DNA of 62,632 nt from Octopus bimaculoides (taxonomy: Eukaryota), in NCBI RefSeq assembly GCF_001194135.2, contig NC_068992.1, forward strand, positions 16,549,076 through 16,611,707. Direction: 5' to 3'. Shown here one piece after another: positions 39,270 through 52,190 of the stretch. Position 1 is the first letter of the stretch. Every line of letters begins with the position of its first letter. The notes beneath the pieces are model-generated. The model made no database searches. It saw only the letters and a list, made by a program, of their open reading frames with translations, and had not been told where the DNA came from. The translations under genes and the position numbers were made by a program.

Positions 39270-39400
39270 GTAAGCGCAGGTGTGGCTGTGAATTTAAGTA
39301 CCTTGCTTTGAAGCTACGTGGTTTCAGTTTCCAACTGGGTAAGTGCCTTCTACTATATTTCCAAACTCGCCAATGTCTTCTGAATAAATTTGGTAGATGA
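39270..39400 (+). mobile_element. SINE family B 5' fragment, diverged
   Basis: GCGCAGGTGTGGCTGTG...GGTTTCAGTT..GGGTAAGTGCCTTCTACTAT...GAATAAATTTGGTAGATGAAAAC. Confidence 0.7.
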
Positions 39401-39541
39401 AAACAATTGTGTTTATACACAGTAATGTGTGTGTTTGCTGGAGGTGTGAGTATATGTTTGCGTATGTGTGTGTGCGCGTGTGTTTGTATGCGTGGGGGTC
39501 CGTGTGTGTATGCTCTTTGTTTGTGTGTGTGCGTGTGTATG

Positions 39542-39599
<58 letters not shown>

Positions 39600-39603
<4 letters not shown>

Positions 39604-39885
39604 CATATTCCATCTGTGTATAAAATTTCAAGAAAATCGGTTGTAAACTTTAAAAGCTATGGCAGAAAATATAATTTGCATTGAAATGTCTCATTGGCTT
39701 TTTTAAAAATCGATGCTGATTAAAAATTATCGACTTTTTTTAAAAAAATCCGACTGCGCAAGTGACAGCATGGGCATACCCACCACCGCATATGTGAAGT
39801 TTCATCAAGATCGCTTGGATAGTCTCGGAGGAGTTAAAGTAACAAATTCTCAAAAACAGATACAAATTGCCATTTATGTATATAT
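39600..39885 (+). mobile_element. Possible Helentron/HINE-like non-autonomous element
   Basis: AAATTTCAAGAAAATCGG and AAGTTTCATCAAGATCGCTTGGATAG..GGAGGAGTT..ACAGATACAAATTGCCATTTATG motifs running into a microsatellite, recalling DINE-1/HINE ends. Classification is from memory only. Confidence 0.4.
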
Positions 39886-40548
39886 GTGTGTGTGTATGTG
39901 TGTGTGCTTGTATATATATATATATATATATATNNNNNNNNNNNNNNNNNNNNNNNNNNNNNNNNNNNNNNNNNNNNNNNNNNNNNNNNNNNNNNNNNNN
40001 NNNNNNNNNNNNNNNNNNNNNNNNNNNNNNNNNNNNNNNNNNNNNNNNNNNNNNNNNNNNNNNNNNNNNNNNNNNNNNNNNNNNNNNNNNNNNNNNNNNN
40101 NNNNNNNNNNNNNNNNNNNNNNNNNNNNNNNNNNNNNNNNNNNNNNNNNNNNNNNNNNNNNNNNNNNNNNNNNNNNNNNNNNNNNNNNNNNNNNNNNNNN
40201 NNNNNNNNNNNNNNNNNNNNNNNNNNNNNNNNNNNNNNNNNNNNNNNNNNNNNNNNNNNNNNNNNNNNNNNNNNNNNNNNNNNNNNNNNNNNNNNNNNNN
40301 NNNNNNNNNNNNNNNNNNNNNNNNNNNNNNNNNNNNNNNNNNNNNNNNNNNNNNNNNNNNNNNNNNNNNNNNNNNNNNNNNNNNNNNNNNNNNNNNNNNN
40401 NNNNNNNNNNNNNNNNNNNNNNNNNNNNNNNNNNNNNNNNNNNNNNNNNNNNNNNNNNNNNNNNNNNNNNNNNNNNNNNNNNNNNNNNNNNNNNNNNNNN
40501 NNNNNNNNNNNNNNNNNNNNNNNNNNNNNNNNNNNNNNNNNNNNNNNN

Positions 40549-40593
<45 letters not shown>

Positions 40594-41510
40594 TACATAT
40601 ATATATATACAGCCATACCTAGTATATGTGTGTACCTATATATATATATGTATATATACATGTATACATAGTATATGTGTGTCTTCTCCCATATATACAT
40701 TTATTGTGAGAGAGAGAGAGAGATGTACATATATATGCACGCATATACATATTGAAGAAGATTTAATACACTTGAGAATCATTGAATGCATCCAGTTGTT
40801 TACAGCGTTTTCAAGAATTTTAGTTGAAAATATTTAACTTGACATATATGAGAAGAAATTTTCCGGAAAGATGATAATCACGTTTAGAAAAAGCTGACAC
40901 TTCTCAAGATGTAGTACCTAAAAGTACTGATGTTTATCAGGTGATCAAAATGAAGTAGTTTTCAAAATGCATCTTTTTCTTTGGAGAAAACATTTGATAG
41001 GCAGATTCTGCAACAAGCAGGCTTTAGATTTAGGAAGAAAAAATTGAAAATCTAGGATAAATTTTGCAACAATTTAATTACAAAACAATTTGTGAGACTG
41101 AAATACGCTTGTACACTTCTCAGCAAGTAAAATACCACATTATTGCAAATTTTATCAAAGAACGCCAGTTTTCATATGCAAGGTGTTAGTAGCAACGGAG
41201 TTATCGTATTTCTAAGGAACTTTCTAATACTCATTGTCTTAAGAATATTCCTCAAACGTCATGCACCTCTTGAACTTGATATTTTAGAAACTAAATGCTT
41301 GTCTACTTTGAAATAACCCCCAGAAACACGCGCATAATATTGGATTAAACTATATTGAAGAACTCTGGGAAAGTTTGGTTGGAACTAATACATTTGATAT
41401 TTATAATTCATGAATAAATATTATAATAGATTATTACATTGTAAGTTGTACATGCCTCATAATTTGGACTCAATATTTCAATCCATATCTTTCAATCCGC
41501 ATGTATGAAT

Positions 41511-41724
41511 ATTGATTTCAAATTTTGACACAAGGCCAGGGATATCAGAGGAAGAGTAACTCACATGTCGACCCGAGTGTTTCACTGGTACTTGTTGTAT
41601 CGACGCGGAAAGGATGAAAGCCAAACTCGACGTCAGCGGAATTTGAACTCAGAACGTAAGTACGGACGTAATGTTTCTACGCATTTATTACTGTGTGGAA
41701 ACGGTTGTGCCAGTTCGATGCCTT
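41511..41724 (-). mobile_element. SINE family A
   Basis: GGAAAGGATGAAAG..CGGAATTTGAACTCAGAACGT (reverse complement of core and B-box). Confidence 0.8.
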
Positions 41725-41747
41725 GATTGGAACTGATATTGTAGATA

Positions 41748-41949
41748 TTAGTTTCAAACTTCGGCACCAAGACATACGTTTCGGGATGGGGTAAGTCGAT
41801 TACAACTACCTCAGAATCCAACTGCTACTTATTTTATCAAGCAAGGCGATGTCGACCTCGGCGGAATTTGAACTCAGGATGAAAAGACGGACGAAATACC
41901 GATAAGTATTTTGTTCAGTGTGCTAACACTTCAGCCAACTCCCTACCTT
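41748..41949 (-). mobile_element. SINE family A, tandem to the previous copy
   Basis: GTCGACCTCGGCGGAATTTGAACTCAG..GACGAAATACCG..TGCTAAC. Confidence 0.8.
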
Positions 41950-42859
41950 ATGATATAGTAAATATTGGTAATACACTGTTAAATTGAAAGCAGCACCTGC
42001 TGCATAACTTCGACTCAAATTTCCATTTCGTATCTTTCAATTTATATACATGAATATTAAATTGTATTTCATCTTTTAGTCGCAAGAAAGGGGTCCTCTT
42101 TTACCCTGCATATATACAACAAGACCTGTTTGGGATACAATGTAGATAACAATCTCGGGATTTTTGTTCGGGTGACGTCTTCCTTTTCAAATATGTTGAA
42201 CCTATCATGCACTGGTTACCTAAGATGGAGTTAAAGAAAACGTTTTCTTGTGTCCAAGGTACGGAACACCAGTTTTAAATGCATAACCATTTCAAAGATA
42301 TAGCGAACTTAATACCATTATAGGGTTTTAATTGTTTCTAATGAATTATGACATAAAGCGTGCAGGCACCGTTAGTCAACCTGCTGTAGAAAAAATTATA
42401 TTATCCACGTTGCCAACCATTGGGAACATGGATAAATACAGATGTTCGTAAGATTAATTCCATCTATTTAATTTAACATGTTGTAGAAATATTAATTATT
42501 CAAGTTAGCAGCGATTGAAATACTATTCAAAGAAGAGTAGATTAATTCACTTCTTTCCAAGTTTTTGTATACCATATATAGCTATAAGCTAATATTTTCT
42601 CTTTGGTCAAGAGAGTAAGCAAACGATCAATGATAAATAAGTTAACAAACGCTACAAAAATCAGATTTTTTAAAAATATTTCTAGCTATAGAGAAAATAT
42701 TTCTAATTAAATCAGAGTATTTAACTTTGCATATCGAGGTATTAAATGTGATTTTGCTACAAGCATATCTCTATAAATATAATTGTGCAAAGCTGGTGAT
42801 TACACATATACATACATACTTACATACATGATATATGCGCCTATATGTATAAACATGTG

Positions 42860-42892
<33 letters not shown>

Positions 42893-42893
42893 T

Positions 42894-42965
<72 letters not shown>

Positions 42966-43433
42966 GTGAAAGAAAGAGTCACAGAGAGAGAGACACACAC
43001 ACATAGAGGTATGCATGCGTTAGCATTTTTATGTGTCTATGTGTATTTTCTCCCTGCAGGAAACGTCCAATTTTTATGAACCAAACTGCAATAGCACATT
43101 CAGTGTTGCACTTTGGAAAGTAACAGAAAACATGTTGCGTTTAATTGATTTATTTATATGCTAATTGCGAGTAGATGCGTCTCTATAACATAATTTTCAT
43201 AAATATTTATTCGCGACGTTTTAATTTATGTTATATATGTGCTTGCCTCTCGGAAAGAAAAAGACCTGCAGTTGCTGAAGGTAAGAATTACACTTCTCAT
43301 TTAATGTAAAAAATATTGTGACACCAATTGACAATTAAAAAAGGTTGATTAAATATATTCTATAGTGTCATGTGGATTAACCGGAGGAACCAATTATAAT
43401 TATTGTAGTAAACCCTACTTTCCATTTTGTACT

Positions 43434-43775
43434 GTACTGTATGTATGTATGTATGTATGTATGTATGTATGTACGTATGTATGTATGTATGTATGTATGT
43501 ACGTATGTATGTATGTTATCAATCAGCTTCATTTCTGTATTTCTTGTCAAAAAAGAAAGAGCCGGACTCTAACATAGATTCAAGGCTCATTGTATGTATG
43601 TATGTATGTATGTATGTGCGTTATGCATGTATGTATACATGTATGTATGTATGTATGTATGTTATGTATGTATGTACTATGTATGTATGTGTGGCTGTGT
43701 GTTATGTATGTATGTGTGTATGTATGTATGCTATGTATGTGTGCATGTATGTTATGTATGTATGTGTGTGTGTGT
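43434..43775. repeat. (TATG)n-rich compound microsatellite
   Basis: Directly visible. Similar tracts occur at 10500-10630, 25980-26070 and 47835-47940. Confidence 0.95.
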
Positions 43776-43785
43776 CTTCATCTTT

Positions 43786-43980
43786 TATCTGTTACCCTGA
43801 AGTGTGTCCATACTGGAGCAATGCTTTGAAGGGTTGTGGCAGAACAAACCAATACCAGTGGTTAGTTTTGAAGCTTGGCACGTATGCTAAATATCGCTGC
43901 TGCTGTGGTGTTTCTATACAATATGTAAACCACCAAAGCCTCGTTGCCAGACGGTAGGGGACGAACAAAAAATACACATA
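43786..43980 (-). mobile_element. Old SINE family B 3' tail
   Basis: Loose co-linearity with 33094-33300 (CCATACTGGAGCA..CTTTGAAGGG...GTAAACCACC...GGGGACGAAC). Confidence 0.5.
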
Positions 43981-44109
43981 TCTGCACCCACATTATAGGT
44001 TCGCTGAGTAAATGCTACAATAGAGTCATTATTCAGGTTCCAAGTTCACAGCCGAGGCTGGAGCTAGGGATCCGCATTAGGCTTCTGTGTTAGCAGGTAT
44101 ATAGTATAT

Positions 44110-44830
44110 AAGAGGAAAAAGGATAACAAAAACCGACGCATCTCAAGTCATTTAGAATACTTAATTAGCGTAAGGTGCATTTGAAGTCTTACAGCTGTTT
44201 CAGGGATATCTCAAAAGATAGGCTAGCATGTCTCTACACTGGATAACCCGTCATCAGAGACAAGGTGATTATGTATGCAAGATCTAGGCAGGGATATTCA
44301 GTTTATAAGGAATAATATAGTCGATTGAATAAAGAGTAAAAGAATAGATAGTAGAATACAGGCTCGAGAAAATGTTCACAGGTCATCTTCTTCTAGAAGG
44401 TACGGAGGATGATCCGTACTTCCGTGAAAGTATAGGTATAATCCCAGGTACATCCAGACAGAATTTCGGCAGTATGTTGAATGTTGCGTGCATGTTGGAG
44501 GAATAGAATTAAGTGGTTAGCCAGTTTGAAAATGATCCACGTGGTTATATAGAGTGAGAAAGAGAGACATCATTGTACGGGCTGTGAATGAGTGAACACA
44601 AGAGAGAGGAGAAAGAGAAAATAGAAAGGAATGGAACAGGTGTGAGGAAGAATGAATGGGAGTGAAAGTAGAAATAAAAGTAAAAAAAAAAAATCACGAA
44701 TAACGATAAAGATAAGATGCCGGTATTATTCTTTGTAAGAGTCGATTCGGGGTGAGAGGTCAGGCGTTAAGGTGTTTGTAAAGTGGAAAAGGAAGGCATT
44801 TATGGCTATGAATTGAATAGATGAAATCTA
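44110..44830 (-). mobile_element. Penelope-like element terminal (pLTR-like) remnant
   Basis: Contains the hammerhead at 44186-44261, preceded on the minus strand by a pyrimidine-rich tract and a TATATAA box. PLE assignment is inferred from the hammerhead architecture. Confidence 0.5.
44186..44261 (-). ncRNA. Type I hammerhead ribozyme with palindromic stem III
   Basis: Minus strand reads GUCU CUGAUGA C GGGUUAUC (31-nt loop) GAUAUCCC U GAAA CAGCUG UA AGAC. Canonical core, stem I 4 bp, ACAGCUGU palindrome, GUA cleavage triplet. Confidence 0.78.
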
Positions 44831-44945
44831 GGTTTGGTGTGGATAAAGAATAAAAAGGAGAAAAGGATTGTATATGAATATATATGATGGATTATCTAGC
44901 CGTGAGCGAGAAATGGGGGTCAGCAAAATACAACGTTAATCCCGC

Positions 44946-45140
44946 TCTATTGACACGAATGTGCCCCTTGAGGCCTGTTGGTGCCTTGCAAACATTTTGG
45001 TTATTGGAACAAATTGAAGATTCAGTGTATTTGAGTGCTTGTGGATCATTTACTGTGTGTTTTCTTGTGTGGGTGTGGCAAAGCCTGTTTTTCTTCGCGC
45101 CACAAAACCACAATGACAGGTAAGGTTTCCATTTAGAGGA
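44946..45140 (-). mobile_element. Probable 3' end of an RTE-clade LINE ORF (degenerate C2H2-like finger)
   Basis: SKWK..LWFCGAKKNRL...ICSNNQNVCKAPTGLKGHIRVN has the same spacing as the RTE C-terminal C..C.R.C.S..GL.SH.R.H motif, with two ligands altered. Confidence 0.5.
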
Positions 45141-45537
45141 ACAGTGTTTTGTACATACACCTAAATATATGACAATTATATCATTGTAATTGATTAGTGT
45201 CTGAACAATGTGAGAACATATATAAAATACCACCATGTCTGAAGATAACCACAGAAATATTGATACGTAAGAAAGTATAATCGTGTTCAATATTTGGATA
45301 ATTTCTCTTCATTAAGACTAAATCGCAAAACTATATCTGTGGTTATATGAAATGTTAATATACAAAAGCAAATATTTTTCATATGATAAAATTGATTCGA
45401 TATGACGATGTTAATGTTTTATCTCTTCGTAAGCGTGTGAACATATCTAAAATTGATTTATTTGCTCTAGATTAAAATGGAAAGAAATCGGATATAAGTC
45501 TTAAAATTTGTTGTCTATATATTAAATGCGATTACTA

Positions 45538-45748
45538 TATCGGTTTAAAATTTTGTCACAAGGCCAGTAAGTTCGGGGAAGGGGTTACGTCGATTACACC
45601 GACCCCAATATTCAACTGGTATTCATTTTGTTGACCCCGGTAGGATGACAGGCGGAGATGAACTCAGTGGAATTTGAACTCCGGATATCAAGAAAGCCGA
45701 GATGCATTTTACTCAGAGTGCTAAAGCCTCTGCTACCTCGTCACTTTA
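45538..45748 (-). mobile_element. SINE family A, diverged
   Basis: ACAAGGCCAG tail, GTCGATTACACCGACCCC, GGAATTTGAACTC. Confidence 0.78.
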
Positions 45749-48700
45749 AATGAAATTAATAATGAAATTACACATGAGAAATGAAGGATAAAATTGAAAC
45801 ACGCTAGTCACTGTGAATAACACAAAAGTTATACCAAGTGTATTCTTTGGTAGTTAATAATGCTCATTTCCCTGCCAGCAGTCCCAATAAAGCTCCTTTA
45901 TTAATAGTACTGGACTACTAGAATTAGTAAATAAAAACAAGGTAGTCATAAGAGAATCATGGAGAACAAAACTGACTTGCTGTAATTTGTGAAAAGCAAA
46001 TATGAACATTTCCTAGATAGGCAAATGGCGTAAGGGAGTTATGATAATTATGCAGCTTGTAAATATTATTTGCTTTGCGAATGATGTGAGGGCTCCAAAG
46101 ACGAAAATCAGATTCTGAACACAATGTCCGGTCAATCTTTGTATACTATCTGTTTCCCATGTGTAGCAAATAAACGTAATTACATTTCTTTGGTAAAACC
46201 TATGCCCTGAATGTTTACAGTAGGATGATGTACGATTGTAATATTCGTGTCTTTCTGTACAGGATTGCAGGCATTAGCAAATTGTGATTTCTTCAATGTT
46301 TTTCTCAAGGGAATCCATCACAGAGGATTGCTTTCTACAGGCATTAAAGCAATATGAAAGACTTGGTCTTGTATCATTCATTACTTACATTAATATATAT
46401 TTCTTACATCTACACAGAGGTAGATGTTTATAAAGTAAAGTATATCAGGTTGTGTGACCAACATTACATAACTCCTTTAATGAAATTAAATATAAGTTTA
46501 CAGGTCTTTGTCTGCCACTAATTTTAGGTGTTAAGTTTATTAATCGACTATAAATAAAAGTTTTCGTATATTGGTATTATAACACCAACATGTACCATTA
46601 CATGTGATAATCTTACGGCATATGCCATGATGAATTAACAGAATCAATAGAGCATCGTATAACATGGTATAACCCCTGCTTATATCTGTATTTCTACATC
46701 TTTACTTCAAGTCATCCAGATTCAAGATAAATTAAAAACAATTCATATATAGGGATTCCTTGTCTAAAGACAGAATGCGTTACGTTAATCTAACAGTAAA
46801 TATGGCAACACACACTGTTTTGCGTGTAAATTATTTAAGAAATAAATGTTAAACAGAAACTTATGTTTCTTCTTCTTAAACAGATACCATTGTTATTAAT
46901 TTTCAGATACTATTATTATTAATTTATATGTAGGGATTCTAGGCGCTACCGGGTAAAATCTTAATATCGTATATTATGTCTTCAAAAGCACTTTAGTTTT
47001 CTTGTTGATGTCATTTAGCGAATGTTGAAATAATTCAAATGCAGGTGTTATTTTCACTGTAGCCTCTTAGCCAATGGAAATCATTCTTTGTACTATCTAT
47101 AGATGCTCTTAAATATATTCTCATCATTTTATTCACCTCTGTATGACATTGAGATAATTTTGTTTTATAGAATAACGAGAAACATAAATGTACAATTATT
47201 TTGATATATAGAAGGAAGTGTAGAATCATAGGAAAGTATTCATAAAAATTCTAGTGTGTATGTTTAATAAAGATTCCTATCTTCAAATATAAAGTAAATT
47301 GCACTATTACCTAGGAAGGAATAAGTGCGTCTATTACCTGTAAATTGGGACAACTTAAGTAAAGCTGACTTTTTATGGATAAGGACCGCTATAAATGTTT
47401 TTATAATCAAAACCTGTGACATAGGCTTATTCCATAGAAATGTTATTTTCGATGTATGAAAATGTAAGAACACGCTCGCATACACACATATGTAAGGGTA
47501 CTCATTATGCAGAATATGTAGATATCCAGCATGACTATAATATCATTAATGCAAGAATCTGTAATAAACTAAATTTTGTTTACCGCTATTTGAACACTGG
47601 TAGTTCATTTGCTAGATACATGTTTACATCCTTGTTTTAAGTGACTCATCTGTATGCTTCTTTCATGTTCCGAAAAACTAGTTCAGGCGTATTTCTTGAT
47701 GAGCAAATTCTACGACGATCGGCAACAAAAACTTCAGAGACAGTTTTTAAACGTTCAGCTACTTTTCATTTTTAAACCCTTCGAAATCTAGCATAAGGCA
47801 TTGACCTCTCTTGCTTGATGTATTCACATGTGCGCATCTATGTATGTATGTATGTATGTATATATGTATGCATGTATGTATGTAGGTATGTATGTATGTA
47901 TGTATGTATGTATCTATCTATCTATCTATCTATCTATCTACCTATCACATTATCTCTTTACCTATCTTTCTGCCAGTCTGTTTATTTACAGCTATTTTCT
48001 TGCTATGAGGAATAAGTGGAAGAAGAGGTACCTTTCCAACGTGTCGAAATTGTATTACTTACAAGATCAACGTCTGTGTGAGTGCGTGTGTATTCAAATA
48101 TATATGTGTCTGTGTTAGTATGGAAGGGCAAAAGAAGTGCAAGTAGTAAAACTTCTTGTGTCTATAAAATGAAGGGTGTAAGACCTAATTTGCCACGTCG
48201 AATATATAGTAATTATTAATTTGAATGTTAATTTGGATGATTTCTGAACATTTCTCAAAATTTTCGTTCCTTATCACAGAGTAACAAGTTGAATCATATT
48301 TTGGAAATTGATATCTAAGTGATGAAAGAGAGTAAAATATTGATGTTCCATAAGTGGAGAGAAATTGTTTAATGGCGCCCTACTTGAATAAAACAAGTGT
48401 GATATAAGTTTCAAGAATACGAAGTTATATTTGTATAAATATGAGTAGTAGCAGAAAAGATAATAATGTAAATGTAGGTGAATGCAATGGAATAATAGAG
48501 TTGGAGGTAGCGTAGAAGATAAAGATAATTTTAATAATAAAAGCAAAAACTCTGTGAAAATAATAACTGTTACATGTATGAATTTTAGTTATGTATCCAG
48601 TACCCAGCACAAAACAATTATTAATTAAATATGCTGCAATACGGTAAAATATCTAACACTGATGAAGGAGATAATTAGATGGAGTATTGGAATTGAAATT

Positions 48701-49143
48701 AATACTCATAAAACATCTAGTATAAAATTAGTAAAATATATTTATGAAATGAAATGTGGGATATTATGGACAAAAATACAAAAGCAATATAATAAAACTA
48801 ATATTATTAAACCAATTAGAGCCAAGTTGTTTATATACCTAAAAAATTAAAGTGTGATAGAATTTAATCAAATAATGTTTAGAATTTGTAAACAGAATAA
48901 TAAACACTCGTCTAGATTTATCGTCATTAACAAATACTACGTATTTTGCTTGAGAACGCACACTTCACATTGTATACGAATACGCATGAATGTGTATACA
49001 CGAGATATATATTACATGGTGTCTAACATCATGTATTATATCGAGCAATATATATTTTATATTATATACGTTTACGCCTGTATATTACTGGCTATATGTG
49101 GATATATGCTCTTGTTTCTCAAGTATATATGTGTACATATGTA

Positions 49144-49194
<51 letters not shown>

Positions 49195-50378
49195 NNNNNN
49201 NNNNCTATACTAGTTGGTGAACGTGTGTTTGTGTGTGTATGCATATGAGATAATGGATAGGTGCATAAATGCATATTTGTGCGCTTGCATATCATTTTAA
49301 ATGCTATTTGCTTAATGTTTTCACCCTTTAGAATTTAATCAGATAAATATTTTCCCCAGTCTATTAGTATAATTTTATTTCACTTCTTTCTGCTTTGTTC
49401 AAAAGCATTAGTTTTGTTTTAAATGTTCGTCAAGTCGTGCTAGGTTTCAATTAATTATTATATTTTTAATTAATTTTATAGTAGTTGCTTAGCAAGAATA
49501 AATTGAATTAAACTTACTCAATTGAAGTCATGGACTGAGTTCAAATACCGTTGAAGTTAACTATCTCTAACCTCAATTAAGGGTCAAAGTAATAACACAT
49601 AAGCATCATATTAAGTGTATAAATAATGTAAATAATGTAAATAATTTCTCATCTCTTAAATATAGAACCACTCCATTTGTATCTTTTTAAAAAATTTTTG
49701 AGGCAAACATAAACACATAACAAAAAACTGCGATACTATCGACAGCACCACTACATCCAAATCACTATATTACTCTTAAATAAGTGAAGGCTTCCTATTA
49801 TATCCCGATCGGTATGAAGGCTGAGCTGGGGCTATACAAGAAGCTACCATCTGATTCGAAATATATCTTCAAATAACATGCTCTGAGGAACATTGTTAAC
49901 TTGATTTCGCATTCCCTAAGCATGTAAAATTTTCAATTATTTTATAATCTTTCTTTTGTAAACAAGACGTGGTTAACTTAAATTTCCTTGATGTTTATAA
50001 CAATATCCTTATCTGTAATCTCAATATTCTAGAAAATGAGATTATTTTCATTGTGTAGAACACTACGGTTGTTTTACTTGTACCATCTCACAGTTGGTGG
50101 GATTTTCGATATATACCGGAACCTTTATTTCTGCCTATATGATTCTTATGTAATATGTTTAATCATAGTTTGAGAACGACTACCGAAAAAATTACTTTCC
50201 TCGAACATTTTGGAACCAAGCGTGTAAATCTAATTCAAAATATAAGGATGTCTAAGGATAGCTTAAGAATATTTATGGTACCCACTAACGCTACTCTGTA
50301 GAATATAAGGTACCCTGCCAATGTCTTCACCGTGGCGACCGTATACTATTCTACTTGTATTAATTAAGAGTACTAAAG

Positions 50379-50602
50379 AAGACGGAGAGCTGGCAGAATT
50401 AGCACGCTGGATGAAATGCTTACCGCTATATTTTCCCATCCCTACGTTCTGAGTTCAAATTCCGCCGAGATCGACTTTGCCTTTCATCCTTTCGGGGTCC
50501 AATAAAAAATTTAGCACCAGTAAAACACTGGAGTCGATGTAATCGACTGATGCCCGCCCCACAAATTTGAGATCTTGTGCCTCCAGTAGAAAGGATTCAT
50601 TA
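50379..50602 (+). mobile_element. SINE family A, full length
   Basis: GAGAGCTGGCAG head, GAGTTCAAATTCCGCCGAG, CTTTGCCTTTCATCCTTTCGGGGTC core, AGTAGAAAGGAT tail. Confidence 0.88.
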
Positions 50603-51734
50603 TGATTACAAAGATGGAAGAATAATGAAGACATGATTTAAGAGCCAAAATGTTCATAAATTTAAAACTAGATCGCTATAATTGTTTAAATTTCAAGTTT
50701 ACCTTTTATATAAAAATTCTTTTCTGCCAAACTCAGTTCGTGCAATATCAGCAACGATAAATTATGGTTTTATGAATATTTATTATCTTTCACTTAAGTG
50801 GCATCATCATACTTGTTCTTACTGTTATTTTACTTCATGGGTTTAGTAGTGCAAAGCCTAATAAACATTTTCTCCTAAAAATTGTGTTGACACTGAAAAT
50901 AAAATTTCCACATTTATTGCACATCAATGGCGACATTACTAGCTGCCTACTTACATTACTCCCTGCAATGTAAAAGTTCTTTGCCACCATTGCATTTCAT
51001 GATGTACCCAAATTAGATTAGATGTTGCATTTATTTATTTATTTATTTATTTATTTTTCTGTGAGTGTTTCTATTAAATATCTGATATTAAGATCTATTT
51101 ACATACCGTCACGTGTTTTGGGTATTATACGTGTATTTTGTAGGTGACTTCACCGGCCTAATTTTCCACTAATACTATAACGTTTTAATTTACAATGTTA
51201 ACGGAATATTTCAATTGTTAGCACTCTGTAACACAGAGTGTGTTTTATGTAATTACCTCCTGGAAATGTTATCATTATGATCAGCATTACCTAGCTTTGT
51301 CTTCTATCAAGTATTCTTAAATATTTCAGAAGATATTGTAATTCAGTTCTGTATATTTCTATACTGCAACATCCTAGAGTAAGTAGTCTTAATATTCTAT
51401 TACTTTTCTATTTCTACCAGGCAAAAATATAAAATTAACTCTTTTTATGTATGAAATCAAACCGATATATTTTACGCAAGTTAGACTTCAATATTTAAAT
51501 AGATATCAACATTAGTATTTATTTTTATTTGTTTTATTTCACATTAGTGTGTCCAGTGATATATATCATTCTCTGTTTATTTTCATTTACTTAACTTCAG
51601 TAACTCCTGGAGTTGGGCTCTCGTAAACAAAATGTCAGATTTATATGTAAATATTATAATTTATGGTGGGTTGTTGAACATTTAAATGCTGATTTATCGG
51701 TAGATTATATAGAGATTTCTCATTGGAGAACATT

Positions 51735-51784
<50 letters not shown>

Positions 51785-51913
51785 NNNNNNNNNNNNNNNN
51801 NNNNNNNNNNNNNNNNNNNNNNNNNNNNNNNNNNNNNNNNNNNNNNNNNNNNNNNNNNNNNNNNNNNNNNNNNNNNNNNNNNNNNNNNNNNNNNNNNNNN
51901 NNNNNNNNNNNNN

Positions 51914-51954
<41 letters not shown>

Positions 51955-52190
51955 AAAAGAAAGAGAAGGAGAGAGAGAGAATCAGAAACCTACCTAAGTT
52001 GTTTTACAATGCTCGGAAATAAAATTCCTACTCCATTTCTGAACGAACATACATTAAATAATCGATGGAATGCTATGGAGGTTCGTGTCCTACAGTAGTG
52101 CTTCTGGTCAATGACTGGAAGCAGGAAGAAGAGGGAAAGAATAAAAAATAAACATGCAAACGATTGATACAGGGAAATCACTGAAATACA

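Noticed and set aside
49720-50350. Possible Penelope RT remnant after the GTAAATAAT tail
   Set aside because: Only isolated hints (NFLDV); no coherent RT motifs could be translated in either strand.
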